NCBI GenBank assembly: GCA_001788495.1
Contig: MGCF01000111.1
Coordinates: 9,101 to 73,100, forward strand
Direction: 5' to 3'
Source: Candidatus Rokubacteria bacterium RIFCSPLOWO2_02_FULL_73_56
GTDB lineage: Bacteria; Methylomirabilota; Methylomirabilia; Rokubacteriales; CSP1-6
DNA length: 64,000 bases
The notes beneath the pieces are model-generated. The model was not told the origin of the DNA, ran no database searches, and worked only from the letters and a program-made list of their open reading frames with translations. The first letter of the stretch is position 1. Each line of letters opens with the position of its first letter. Below are positions 53,301 through 62,256 of this stretch, in pieces. Position numbers and translations under genes: made by a program.

Positions 53301-54080
53301 ATGGCGGACACGGATCTGGTCCTGGGCGGCAAGGAGTTCTCGTCGCGGCTCATCGTCGGCACGGGCAAGTACGCGACGATGGAGATCATGAAGCAGGCGC
53401 ACGAGGCGTCGGGCGCGGAGATCGTCACGGTCGCGCTCCGGCGCGTGAGCCTGCCGTCGGGCGAGTCCCTCCTGGACCACCTCGACACCACGCGCTACAC
53501 GCTGCTGCCGAACACGGCGGGCTGCTACACGGCCGACGAGGCGGTGCGCACGGCGTACCTGGCGCGCGAGGCGGGGCTGGGCGAGATGGTCAAGCTCGAG
53601 GTCATCGGCGACTCGCGCACGCTCTTCCCGGACGTGGAGGGCCTGCTCGAGGCGACGCGCACGCTCGCGCGCGACGGCTTCGTCGTCATGCCGTACACGA
53701 ACGACGACCCGGTGACGGCCAAGAAGCTCGAGGACGCGGGCGCGGCGTGCGTGATGCCGCTCGGCGCGCCGATCGGCTCGGGCCTCGGCATCCGCAACCC
53801 GTACAACATCAAGATCATCCTCGAGACGGTGTCGGTGCCGGTCATCGTGGACGCGGGCGTGGGCACCGCCTCGGACGCGGCGATCGCGATGGAGCTCGGC
53901 TGCGACGGCGTGCTGATGAACACGGCCATCGCGGGCGCCCAGGACGCGGTCGCGATGGCGCGCGCGATGCGCCTGGCCGTCGAGGCCGGGCGGCTCGCGT
54001 ACCGCGCGGGCCGGATCGGCAAGAAGCTCTACGCGACCGCCTCCTCGCCGCTCGAGGGCGTCCCGGATTGGACGAGCTGA
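53301..54080 (+). CDS. thiG: Thiazole synthase ThiG
   Basis: [40 protein letters not shown] and [18 protein letters not shown]. Confidence 0.95.
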   Translation: MADTDLVLGGKEFSSRLIVGTGKYATMEIMKQAHEASGAEIVTVALRRVSLPSGESLLDHLDTTRYTLLPNTAGCYTADEAVRTAYLAREAGLGEMVKLEVIGDSRTLFPDVEGLLEATRTLARDGFVVMPYTNDDPVTAKKLEDAGAACVMPLGAPIGSGLGIRNPYNIKIILETVSVPVIVDAGVGTASDAAIAMELGCDGVLMNTAIAGAQDAVAMARAMRLAVEAGRLAYRAGRIGKKLYATASSPLEGVPDWTS

Positions 54081-54691
54081 GGCTCACCCTCGTCAGCGAT
54101 CGCACGCAGACGCGGGGCCGTGAGCTGGTCACGGTCGTCGGCGACTGCCTCGGGGCGGGGCTCCGGGCCGTGCAGGTGCGCGAGAAGGACCTCGGCGCCG
54201 CGGACCTGGCGTTCCTCTGCCGGCGCATCCGCGTGCTCACGCTCGACGCGCAGGCGCTCCTGATCGTCAACGACCGCCTGGACGTGGCGCTCGCCGTCGG
54301 TGCCGACGGCGTGCAGCGCACGTCCACCTCGCTCGACGTGGAGGACATCCGACGGGTCGCCGGCCCGGCCCTCCGCGTCGGCGCCTCGGTCCATTCGCTG
54401 CCCGAGGCGCTCGACGCCGAGGCGAAGGGCGCCGACTTCCTCGTGTTCGGGCCGATCTACGAGACGCCGTCCAAGCGCCCTTACGGCCCGCCCCAGGGGC
54501 TCGACCGCCTCGCGAAGCTCGCCGCCGGCGTGCGCCGGCCCGTCGTCGCGATCGGCGGGATCACGCCCGCGCGCGTGCGCGACGTGCGCCTGGCCGGCGC
54601 CTTCGGCGTCGCCGCGATCTCCGCGATCCTCGACACCGACGCGCCGGCCGACGCCACGCGGCGGTTCCTCGACGCGCTCGCCGCCGCGTGA
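54068..54691 (+). CDS. thiE: Thiamine-phosphate synthase ThiE
   Basis: [44 protein letters not shown] and VAIGGI. The proposed TTG start at 54068 overlaps the thiG end, so the start is uncertain. Confidence 0.85.
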   Translation: MDELRLTLVSDRTQTRGRELVTVVGDCLGAGLRAVQVREKDLGAADLAFLCRRIRVLTLDAQALLIVNDRLDVALAVGADGVQRTSTSLDVEDIRRVAGPALRVGASVHSLPEALDAEAKGADFLVFGPIYETPSKRPYGPPQGLDRLAKLAAGVRRPVVAIGGITPARVRDVRLAGAFGVAAISAILDTDAPADATRRFLDALAAA

Positions 54692-54716
54692 AGCTCCGCG
54701 TGGTCGCGTGAGCGGC

Positions 54717-55619
54717 TCAGCGCGCGGTGTCCGACGCGTGCCCGCCGCTCGACTTCCGGCTCGACTTCCGGAGGTCGAGCATCGGCGGCAGGGAGCCCTG
54801 CGGGGGCACCTCCTCGACGCGCGTGATCTCGTTCATGCGCCCGACGATGTCCCGGATGCGGCCGGCGCCCTCGCGCGCGCGCTCGGCCCACTGGGCCTCC
54901 TCGCTGCCGGCCGGGAGGCGCTTGACGAGGATCGAGAGCCCGCCCGTGACGATCATGAGCGGGTTGTTGATCTCGTGCGCCGCGGCGCGCGCGAGCAGCG
55001 TGATGGCGCGCAGCTCGGCCGTCTCGCGAAGCGCCGCGTCGGCGGCCCGGCTGTCGACGACGTCCCGGAACAGGTGGGCGCCGAGCCCGATGCCGACCAG
55101 GTTCATGACGAGGAACGGCACCGCGAGGGGCTGGAACATGGCGAAGCCGCGCGCGCCCAGGACGGCGAACGAGACGGCGGCGACGACCCAGGCGGCGGCG
55201 GCGAGCGCCAGGGCGTGGCGGGCCGTCACCCGGCCGTCCCGCTGCGCCCAGACGTGGGCGAGGGCGCCCACGAGCGCCGTGCCCAGCAGACCGACCACGC
55301 CCGCGAGGGCGCCGGGGCCCCCGAGCCAGAGCCGGTAGGCGATCGCGACGAGCCCGGCGACGAGCCCCGCCGGCCAGCCCTCGACCAGCGCGACGAGCGC
55401 CACCGGAACCGCGCGCGCGTCGATGAAGACGCCCTTGGCCACCTCGATGCGCGAGATCATCAGGACGACCGCGAGCGCGCCGAAGGCGAGGCCGTTCGTC
55501 GCGTGGCGCCAGCGCGGGCCGGGCCAGGCGCCGGGCGCGAACCACCTCGAGCTGTACGAGTAGAAGACGAGGCCGAGCACGACGACGCCCGCGGCCTCCA
55601 TGACGTGGTGAAATTCCAT
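54717..55619 (-). CDS. 5TM (LytS/YhcK 5TMR-LYT-like) membrane sensor fused to a HisKA/DHp domain, with no ATPase domain
   Basis: The N-terminal hydrophobic domain has about 5-6 TM segments. It is followed by an H-box (LLARAAAHEINNPLMIV) and a second DHp helix (AGRIRDIVGRMNEI). The protein ends about 40 aa later without N, G1, F or G2 boxes. Confidence 0.7.
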   Translation of the reverse strand: MEFHHVMEAAGVVVLGLVFYSYSSRWFAPGAWPGPRWRHATNGLAFGALAVVLMISRIEVAKGVFIDARAVPVALVALVEGWPAGLVAGLVAIAYRLWLGGPGALAGVVGLLGTALVGALAHVWAQRDGRVTARHALALAAAAWVVAAVSFAVLGARGFAMFQPLAVPFLVMNLVGIGLGAHLFRDVVDSRAADAALRETAELRAITLLARAAAHEINNPLMIVTGGLSILVKRLPAGSEEAQWAERAREGAGRIRDIVGRMNEITRVEEVPPQGSLPPMLDLRKSSRKSSGGHASDTAR

Positions 55620-55685
55620 CTATCCCTCCCGGGCTCCACGCACTATGGTATGCCCGGAAGGTACTTTTCCGACGCGAGGCGCGAG

Positions 55686-57017
55686 ATGACCAGGGACGAG
55701 CTGAAGCAGCGGGTGTGGCAGGCGATCGAGCGGCGCGGCGAGGAGATCATCGGGCTCGGCGAGCAGATCCGGCGCCACCCGGAGCTCGGCTTCAAGGAGG
55801 TCAAGACGGCGCGGCTGGTGGAGGACACCCTCGCCAGGCTCGGGCTCGCGCCGCGGGCGGGCCTCGCGCTCACCGGCGTGCGCGCGGACGTGGCCGGGCG
55901 GGCGGGGGACGGGCCGACGTTCGCCGTCCTCGGCGAGCTGGACGCGCTCGTCGTCGCCGGCCACCCGGAGGGCGACCCGCAGACGGGCGCCGCGCACGCC
56001 TGCGGCCACAACGCGCAGATCGCCGGGCTGCTCGGGGCCGCGATGGGGCTGCTCGACGCCAAGGCATTCGAGCAGCTCGCCGGCCGGGCCGTGTTCTTCG
56101 CGGTGCCCGCCGAGGAGTACGGCGATATCGAATGGCGCGTCGCGCAGGCGCGGGCGGGCAAGCTCGAGTTCCTCGGCGGCAAGCCCGAGCTGCTGCGGCT
56201 CGGCCACTTCGACGACGTGGACCTCGCGATGATGATCCACGCGACCCCGCGCCCGGAGGACGGCAAGACCGGCATCCCCGCCTCGAACAACGGCTGCATC
56301 GTCAAGACGATCCGGTACGTCGGGCGGGCCGCGCACGCGGGCGGCGCGCCGCACATGGGGATCAACGCGCTCTACGCCGCGCAGATCGGGCTCGCGGCGA
56401 TCAACGCGATCCGCGAGACCTTCCGCGACGAGGACACGATCCGCGTCCACCCGATCATCACCCACGGCGGCTCGCAGGTGAACGTGATCCCGGGCGAGGT
56501 GCGGCTCGAGACCTACGTGCGCGGCCGGACGGTGGAGGCGATCCTGGACGCGAACAAGAAGGTGGACCGGGCGCTGCGCGCCGGCGCGCTCGCGCTCGGC
56601 GCCACGGTCGAGATCGAGACCCTGCCGGGCTACATGCCGATGACGTGCGACCCGCTCATGGCGAAGCAGTACAGGGACAACGCCGTCCGGCTCGTCGGCG
56701 AGGAGCACTACCGGCAGATCGGCCACCGCACGGGCTCGACCGACATGGGCGACCTCTCGATGGTGATGCCGGTGCTCCACCCCTACGTGGGCGGCGCCGC
56801 GGGCACCGGCCACGGCGCCGACTACCGGATCGTGGACAAGCCGCTCGCGTACCTCGTCACGGCCAAGGCCCTCGCCGCGATGGTCGTGGACCTGCTCGCC
56901 GACGGCGCGGCGGGCGCGAAGGCGGTGCTCGCCGCGGCCCGGCCGCCGATGACGCGCGAGGAGTACCTGGCCTTCCAGCGCGGCATCGCCCGGCGCGAGG
57001 TCTACGCGGGCGCGTAG
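55686..57017 (+). CDS. M20-family amidohydrolase (M20D-like)
   Basis: IRRHPELGFKEVKTA, AHACGHNAQ and GSTDMGD. An alternative ATG lies at 55650. Confidence 0.85.
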   Translation: MTRDELKQRVWQAIERRGEEIIGLGEQIRRHPELGFKEVKTARLVEDTLARLGLAPRAGLALTGVRADVAGRAGDGPTFAVLGELDALVVAGHPEGDPQTGAAHACGHNAQIAGLLGAAMGLLDAKAFEQLAGRAVFFAVPAEEYGDIEWRVAQARAGKLEFLGGKPELLRLGHFDDVDLAMMIHATPRPEDGKTGIPASNNGCIVKTIRYVGRAAHAGGAPHMGINALYAAQIGLAAINAIRETFRDEDTIRVHPIITHGGSQVNVIPGEVRLETYVRGRTVEAILDANKKVDRALRAGALALGATVEIETLPGYMPMTCDPLMAKQYRDNAVRLVGEEHYRQIGHRTGSTDMGDLSMVMPVLHPYVGGAAGTGHGADYRIVDKPLAYLVTAKALAAMVVDLLADGAAGAKAVLAAARPPMTREEYLAFQRGIARREVYAGA

Positions 57018-57018
57018 C

Positions 57019-57822
57019 GTGTACGGCAAGGCGAGCGCCGAGTTCCCGGCGCGGATCGTCTGCCTGACGGCCGAGACCGCCGAGATCGCCTACGCGGTCG
57101 GCGCGGGCGCGCGCGTGGTCGGCGTGCCCGGCACGGCGCGCCGGCCCGAGGCGGCGCGCGAGAAGGCGCGCGTCGGCGGCTTCACGACGTTCCGGGTGGA
57201 GCGGATCGTCGCGCTCGCGCCCGACCTGGTGCTGGCGTTCTCCGACCTCCAGAAGGACGTCGTGCGCGAGCTGATCGGCGCGGGCGTCGCCGTGCTCTGC
57301 ACGAACCAGCGCTCGCTCGACGAGGTGCTCCGGGCCGTCCTGGTGATCGGCGGCGCGCTCGGCTGCGAGCCCGCCGCGCGCGCGCTCGTGCAGGACATGC
57401 GCGACGAGATCAAGCAGGTGCGCGAGTACTCGTCGGTCTGGCCCGACCGGCCGCGCGTCTGGTTCGAGGAGTGGCCCGAGCCGCTGATCGCGGGCATCCG
57501 CTGGGTGTCCGAGCTGATCGAGGTCGCCGGTGGGCGCGACGTCTTCGCCGAGCTGCGCGCGCAGAAGGGCGCCGCGGGGAGGATCGTCGCGCCCGAGGCG
57601 GTGATCGCGCGCGACCCCGAGATCATCCTGGCCTCGTGGTGCGGCAAGCCGGTGGACACGGCGCGGATCGCGGCGCGCCCGGGCTGGGAGGGGGTCAGCG
57701 CGGTGAAGGCGGGGCAGATCCACGCGCTCGACGGCGCCGACGTCCTCGTGCCGGGCCCCTCGCTCATGGTCGGGCTGCGGCGCATCCACGAGATCGTCCA
57801 GGCTCACCAGGCACGGGCCTGA
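57019..57822 (+). CDS. Periplasmic-binding-protein type 2 (BtuF / Fe-siderophore / cobalamin-binding-like) protein with no recognisable signal peptide
   Basis: RIVCLTAETAEIAYAVGAGARVVGV, PDLVLAF and PEIILASWCG, as in PF01497. The N-terminus MYGKASAEFPA is not hydrophobic. GTG start 1 nt after the M20 stop. Confidence 0.75.
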   Translation: MYGKASAEFPARIVCLTAETAEIAYAVGAGARVVGVPGTARRPEAAREKARVGGFTTFRVERIVALAPDLVLAFSDLQKDVVRELIGAGVAVLCTNQRSLDEVLRAVLVIGGALGCEPAARALVQDMRDEIKQVREYSSVWPDRPRVWFEEWPEPLIAGIRWVSELIEVAGGRDVFAELRAQKGAAGRIVAPEAVIARDPEIILASWCGKPVDTARIAARPGWEGVSAVKAGQIHALDGADVLVPGPSLMVGLRRIHEIVQAHQARA

Positions 57823-57961
57823 GCCGAGGCGTCACGAGCCGATCCACGGAACTCCTTGAAAGGCATGCCGTATCTTACCGTCCGCCGGCCGGTACAATGA
57901 GAGCGTCAAAAAGTTTGGGGCCCGGCAATCGCCGGGATAGGATTGGAGCCCTCCGACAGCC

Positions 57962-59410
57962 ATGGATGATCTCGCTCGCACGCGTCCCGAGAGCTTCTTC
58001 TCCGATCGCTTCAACGTCACGGCGTCGCTGCTGGATCGGGTCCTCGGCTCGAGTCTGCTCGGCAAGGTCGACGATGCCGACATCTACCTCGAGTACCGTA
58101 TCAACGAAGAGCTGCAACTCGAGGAAGAATCGGTCAAAAAGGCCTCGCGCCATGTGAGCCAGGGGGCCGGGGTCCGCGCCCAGGCCGGCACGCGGACCGG
58201 CTACGCCCACACCGACGACATCTCGATCACGAACCTCGAGGAGGCCGCGCGCCAGGCCCGCGCCATCGCCGACCGCGCCGCGACCTCCGCCACGGTCGCG
58301 GTGGTCTCGCGCGGCCGCCCGCACGACCTCTATGCGCTGGCCGAGCCGCCCGTGGCGGCCGACCTGGGGCGCAAGCTCGACCTGCTGCGCCGGCTGGACG
58401 CGGCGGCGCGCGCCGCCGACCCGCGCGTGCGCCAGGTGATCGTCTCGCTCACGAGCGAGGAGATCGTGATGCTCATCGCGACCGCCTCGGGCCTGACGGT
58501 CGGCGACGTGCGCCCGCTCACGCGGCTCAGCGTCACGGTGATCGCCGAGGACAGGGGGCGCCGCGAGATCGGCTCGCACGGCGGCGGCGGCCGCGTGCCG
58601 CTCGACTGGTTCCTCGAGGGCGAGCGCTGGCGGCGCTACGCCGCCGAGGCCGCGCGCCAGGCGACGCTCAAGCTCTCCGCGGTGGACGCGCCCGCGGGCG
58701 CGATGACGGTCGTGCTCGCGCCGGGCTGGCCGGGCATCCTGCTCCACGAGGCCGTGGGCCACGGGCTCGAGGGCGACTTCAACCGCAAGGGGACCTCCGC
58801 GTTCGCCGGACGCCTGGGCCAGAAGGTCGCCTCCGAGCTGGTCACGGTGGTGGACGACGGCACGATCCCGAACCGGCGCGGCTCGCTCAACGTGGACGAC
58901 GAGGGCACGCCGACCGGCCGCACCGTGCTGATCGAGCGGGGCGTGCTCGTCGGCTACATGCAGGACCGGCTCAACGCGCGGCTCATGGGCATGCAGCCGA
59001 CGGGCAACGGCCGGCGCGAGTCGTACGCGCACCCGGCGCTGCCGCGCATGACCAACACGTTCATGCTGGCCGGCGAGGACGACCCGGCGGACATCCTGAG
59101 CTCGGTCAAGCGCGGGCTCTACGCGGTCACGTTCGGCGGCGGCCAGGTGGACATCACGAACGGCAAGTTCGTCTTCTCGGCGAACGAGGCCTGGCTGATC
59201 GAGGACGGGCGGCTGACCGCGCCGGTCAAGGGCGCCTCGCTCATCGGCGCGGGGCCCGAGGCCCTCACGCGCGTGACCCGCGTCGGGCGCGACCTCGCCT
59301 TCGACGAGGGCGTGGGGACGTGCGGCAAGGACGGCCAGTCCGTGCCGGTGGGCGTCGGGCTGCCCACCATCCGCCTCGACGACATGACCGTCGGCGGCAC
59401 CGCGGTATGA
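57962..59410 (+). CDS. tldD: TldD metalloprotease
   Basis: DIYLEYR, and HEAVGHGLEGDFNRKG (the HExxxH motif of TldD), at the typical 482-aa length. Confidence 0.95.
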   Translation: MDDLARTRPESFFSDRFNVTASLLDRVLGSSLLGKVDDADIYLEYRINEELQLEEESVKKASRHVSQGAGVRAQAGTRTGYAHTDDISITNLEEAARQARAIADRAATSATVAVVSRGRPHDLYALAEPPVAADLGRKLDLLRRLDAAARAADPRVRQVIVSLTSEEIVMLIATASGLTVGDVRPLTRLSVTVIAEDRGRREIGSHGGGGRVPLDWFLEGERWRRYAAEAARQATLKLSAVDAPAGAMTVVLAPGWPGILLHEAVGHGLEGDFNRKGTSAFAGRLGQKVASELVTVVDDGTIPNRRGSLNVDDEGTPTGRTVLIERGVLVGYMQDRLNARLMGMQPTGNGRRESYAHPALPRMTNTFMLAGEDDPADILSSVKRGLYAVTFGGGQVDITNGKFVFSANEAWLIEDGRLTAPVKGASLIGAGPEALTRVTRVGRDLAFDEGVGTCGKDGQSVPVGVGLPTIRLDDMTVGGTAV

Positions 59411-60741
59411 AGCCGGACGTCCTGGTCGCGGTGCTCGCGCGCGCGACCGCGCGCGGCGCCACCGCGGCCGACGGCTACCTGGTCGAGGACCGCCACGGCG
59501 GCGCCTCGGTGCGCCTCGGCGAGGTCGAGACCGTGACCCACGCGCGGCAGCAGCGCCTGTCGCTCCGCGTCTTCGTGGGCCGCGCCTCCGCCGCGGCGTC
59601 CACCTCGGACTTCTCGCGCGGGTCGCTCGAGCGCGTGGTGGACGAGGCGACGCGCCTGGCGCGCGCGACGGCCGAGGACCCGCACGCGGGCCTGGCGGAC
59701 GCCGCCGAGCTGATCGGGGAGCCGCCCGACCTCGACCTGGAGGACCGGGGCGCGGAGGCCACGCCCGAGGCGCGGATCCAGGTCGCGCGCGCCTGCGAGG
59801 CCGCCGCGCTCGCCGCCGACCCGCGCATCCGCAACTCCGAGGGCGCCGAGTGCTCGGACCGGCGCGCGCGCTACGCCTACGCGACCTCGCACGGCTTCGT
59901 GCGGAGCTACGCGAGCACGGGGTTCAGCGTGAGCGTGTCGCCGATCGCCGCGCAGAACGGCGAGATGCAGCGCGACTACTGGTACTCGTCGGCGCGCAAG
60001 CGCACCGGGCTCGAGGACCCGGCGGCGGTCGGCCGCACCGCGGCGGCCCGCGCGCTCCGGCGCCTCGGCGCGCGGAAGGTGAAGACCGCCGAGGTGCCCG
60101 TGATCTTCGACCCCGAGACCGCGGCGAGCCTGGTGCGCTCGCTCGCGGGCGCCGCCAGCGGGCCGAGCCTCTACCGCCGCGCCTCGTTCCTGCTCGACCG
60201 GCTCGGCACGACGGTCGCCGCCCCGGGGGTGACGATCGTGGACGACGGCACGATCCCCGGCGCGCTCGGCTCGCGCCCGTTCGACGGCGAGGGGCTCGCG
60301 ACGCGGCGGACCGCGCTCGTGCAGGACGGCGTGCTCGTCTCCTACCTCCTGGACACGTACAGCGCGCGGAAGCTCGGGCTCGCCTCGACGCACCACGCCG
60401 CGCGCGACGGCGCCGGCGTGACGGTCGGGACGACCAACCTCATGCTGCTGCCGGGATCCGCGGCGCCGGAGGAGCTGATCGGCGCGGTGCGGCGCGGCTT
60501 CTACGTCACCGAGCTGATCGGCTTCGGCGTCAACGGCGTGACCGGCGACTACTCGCGCGGCGCCTCCGGCCTCTGGATCGAGGACGGCGAGCTCGCGTAC
60601 CCGGTCGAGGAGGTCACGGTGGCGGGCAACCTGCTGGAGATGTTCGCGGCCATCGACGGCGTCGGCAAGGACCTGACGCTGCGCGATCGCACCGCGTCGC
60701 CCACGCTCAGGGTCGGCCGCATGGTGGTGGCAGGGCACTAG
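59407..60741 (+). CDS. pmbA: PmbA/TldE protease partner
   Basis: ATGA overlap with tldD. PmbA-like pattern: PFDGEGL, GTTNLML, GDYSRGASGLWIEDGEL. Confidence 0.9.
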   Translation: MKPDVLVAVLARATARGATAADGYLVEDRHGGASVRLGEVETVTHARQQRLSLRVFVGRASAAASTSDFSRGSLERVVDEATRLARATAEDPHAGLADAAELIGEPPDLDLEDRGAEATPEARIQVARACEAAALAADPRIRNSEGAECSDRRARYAYATSHGFVRSYASTGFSVSVSPIAAQNGEMQRDYWYSSARKRTGLEDPAAVGRTAAARALRRLGARKVKTAEVPVIFDPETAASLVRSLAGAASGPSLYRRASFLLDRLGTTVAAPGVTIVDDGTIPGALGSRPFDGEGLATRRTALVQDGVLVSYLLDTYSARKLGLASTHHAARDGAGVTVGTTNLMLLPGSAAPEELIGAVRRGFYVTELIGFGVNGVTGDYSRGASGLWIEDGELAYPVEEVTVAGNLLEMFAAIDGVGKDLTLRDRTASPTLRVGRMVVAGH

Positions 60742-60763
60742 CACGGACGGGAGACGGCCCGCG

Positions 60764-61549
60764 ATGATCATCGACAGCCACTGTCACCTGCACGACCCGG
60801 CCTTCGCCGACCTGCGCGAGACGCTCCGGCTCGCGCTCGCCCACGACGTCTGGGGTGTCGTCGGCGTCGGCTGCGACGCGGACACCAACGCGGCGACGCT
60901 CGCCGCGGCGGCGGCCGCGCCGAAGTCGGTCTGGGCGTGCCTCGGCTTCCACCCGGACCGCGAAGGGCTCGCCGACGCCGACCTCGAGCGCGTCGAGGCG
61001 CAGCTCGCGCAGCACCACGCGCGCATCGTCGGCCTCGGCGAGGTCGGCCTGCCGTGGTACTCGCTCGAGGGTGCGCCGGACGCCGCCGCGCGCATGGCCG
61101 CCGGCCGCGCGCGGCTCGACCGGCTGCTCGGCCTGGCGGCGCGCTGGGACCTGCCCGTGGTGCTCCACGCGCCTCACGGCGCCGCCGTCGGCGCCCTCGC
61201 GCTGCTGCAGAAGCACGGGCTCGAGCGCGCCGTGTTCCACTGGCACAAGGCGCCCGCCGAGGTGACGCGCGCGATCGTGGACGCGGGCTATCTGGTCTCG
61301 GTCACCCCGGAGGTCGTCTATCGCGAGCGCGACCGCGAGCTGGTGGCGGCGGTGCCGCTCGAGTCGCTGCTGGTCGAGAGCGACGGGCCGTGGGGCTACC
61401 GCGGCGAGTTCGAGGGGCTCGCCTCCGGGCCGTGGTTCGCGAGCCGTGTCGCCGAGGAGGTCGCGAAGCTCAAGCAGCTCCCCGCCGAGGACGTCCGCCA
61501 CCAGCTCTCGACCAACGCCTGCCGGCTCTTCGAGCTGATGTGGGTGTGA
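60764..61549 (+). CDS. tatD: TatD-family metal-dependent hydrolase
   Basis: IDSHCHL at the N-terminus, GEVGL, VLHAP and ESDGPW. Confidence 0.85.
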   Translation: MIIDSHCHLHDPAFADLRETLRLALAHDVWGVVGVGCDADTNAATLAAAAAAPKSVWACLGFHPDREGLADADLERVEAQLAQHHARIVGLGEVGLPWYSLEGAPDAAARMAAGRARLDRLLGLAARWDLPVVLHAPHGAAVGALALLQKHGLERAVFHWHKAPAEVTRAIVDAGYLVSVTPEVVYRERDRELVAAVPLESLLVESDGPWGYRGEFEGLASGPWFASRVAEEVAKLKQLPAEDVRHQLSTNACRLFELMWV

Positions 61550-62256
61550 GCGAGCGCCACACGGTCCCGGTCGGCGGCGGGACGCTCGCGCTGGTGCTCG
61601 ACCTGCCCGCCGCGCCGGCCCGTGTGCCGTGCGTCGTCGCCTGCCACGGGCTCGGCGCCTCGAAGGACAGCGACAAGTACCTCCTGCTCGGCGAGGAGCT
61701 GCCGCGCGCCGGCCTGGCGCTCGCCCGCTTCGACTTCCGCGGCTGCGGCGAGTCGAGCGGACGCGAGGACGAGACGACGATCGCCACCCGGCTCGCGGAC
61801 GCGCACGCGGTCCTCGCGCACCTCGCCGGCCACCCGCGACTCGACGGGCGCTTCGGCCTGCTCGGCTCGAGCCTCGGCGGCTTCGTCGCGCTGCACCTGG
61901 CCGCCGCGCGCGGCGACGGGCTGCCGGTGGTGACGTGGAACGCGCCGGCGACCCTCGAGGACCTCGCCGAGCGCGAGGACGCGCAGGGAATCGGCCAGCC
62001 GTTCCTCCTCGAGTTCGCCCAGCACCGCTACGCGCACGCGCCCGAGGGCGTCGGGCGCCACCTCGCCGTCCAGGGCGAGGCCGACGACGTGGTCCCGCTC
62101 GAGCACGCCACCGTCCTCCACGCGCAGGCGGCCGCGCCGTGCGACCTCGTCGTCATCGAGGGCGGCGACCACCGGCTCAGCGACCCGGCGCACCGCCGGC
62201 GGGCCGTCGCGCTCAGCCTCGAGTGGTTCCGGCGGTTCTTCGCGGAGCGCGCGTGA
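61546..62256 (+). CDS. Alpha/beta-fold hydrolase
   Basis: GTG start overlapping the tatD stop. HGLGASKD, nucleophile elbow GSSLGG, and late GGDHRL. Confidence 0.75.
   Translation: MSERHTVPVGGGTLALVLDLPAAPARVPCVVACHGLGASKDSDKYLLLGEELPRAGLALARFDFRGCGESSGREDETTIATRLADAHAVLAHLAGHPRLDGRFGLLGSSLGGFVALHLAAARGDGLPVVTWNAPATLEDLAEREDAQGIGQPFLLEFAQHRYAHAPEGVGRHLAVQGEADDVVPLEHATVLHAQAAAPCDLVVIEGGDHRLSDPAHRRRAVALSLEWFRRFFAERA

Noticed and set aside
57840-57961. A lower-GC intergenic stretch upstream of tldD containing TTGAAA and TACAAT hexamers, considered as a possible promoter.
   Set aside because: The two hexamers are 31 nt apart, which is far from the 16-18 nt optimum. No acceptable -35 element sits at the right distance from TACAAT (57893-57898), and there is no extended -10 TG. 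This is too weak to call.
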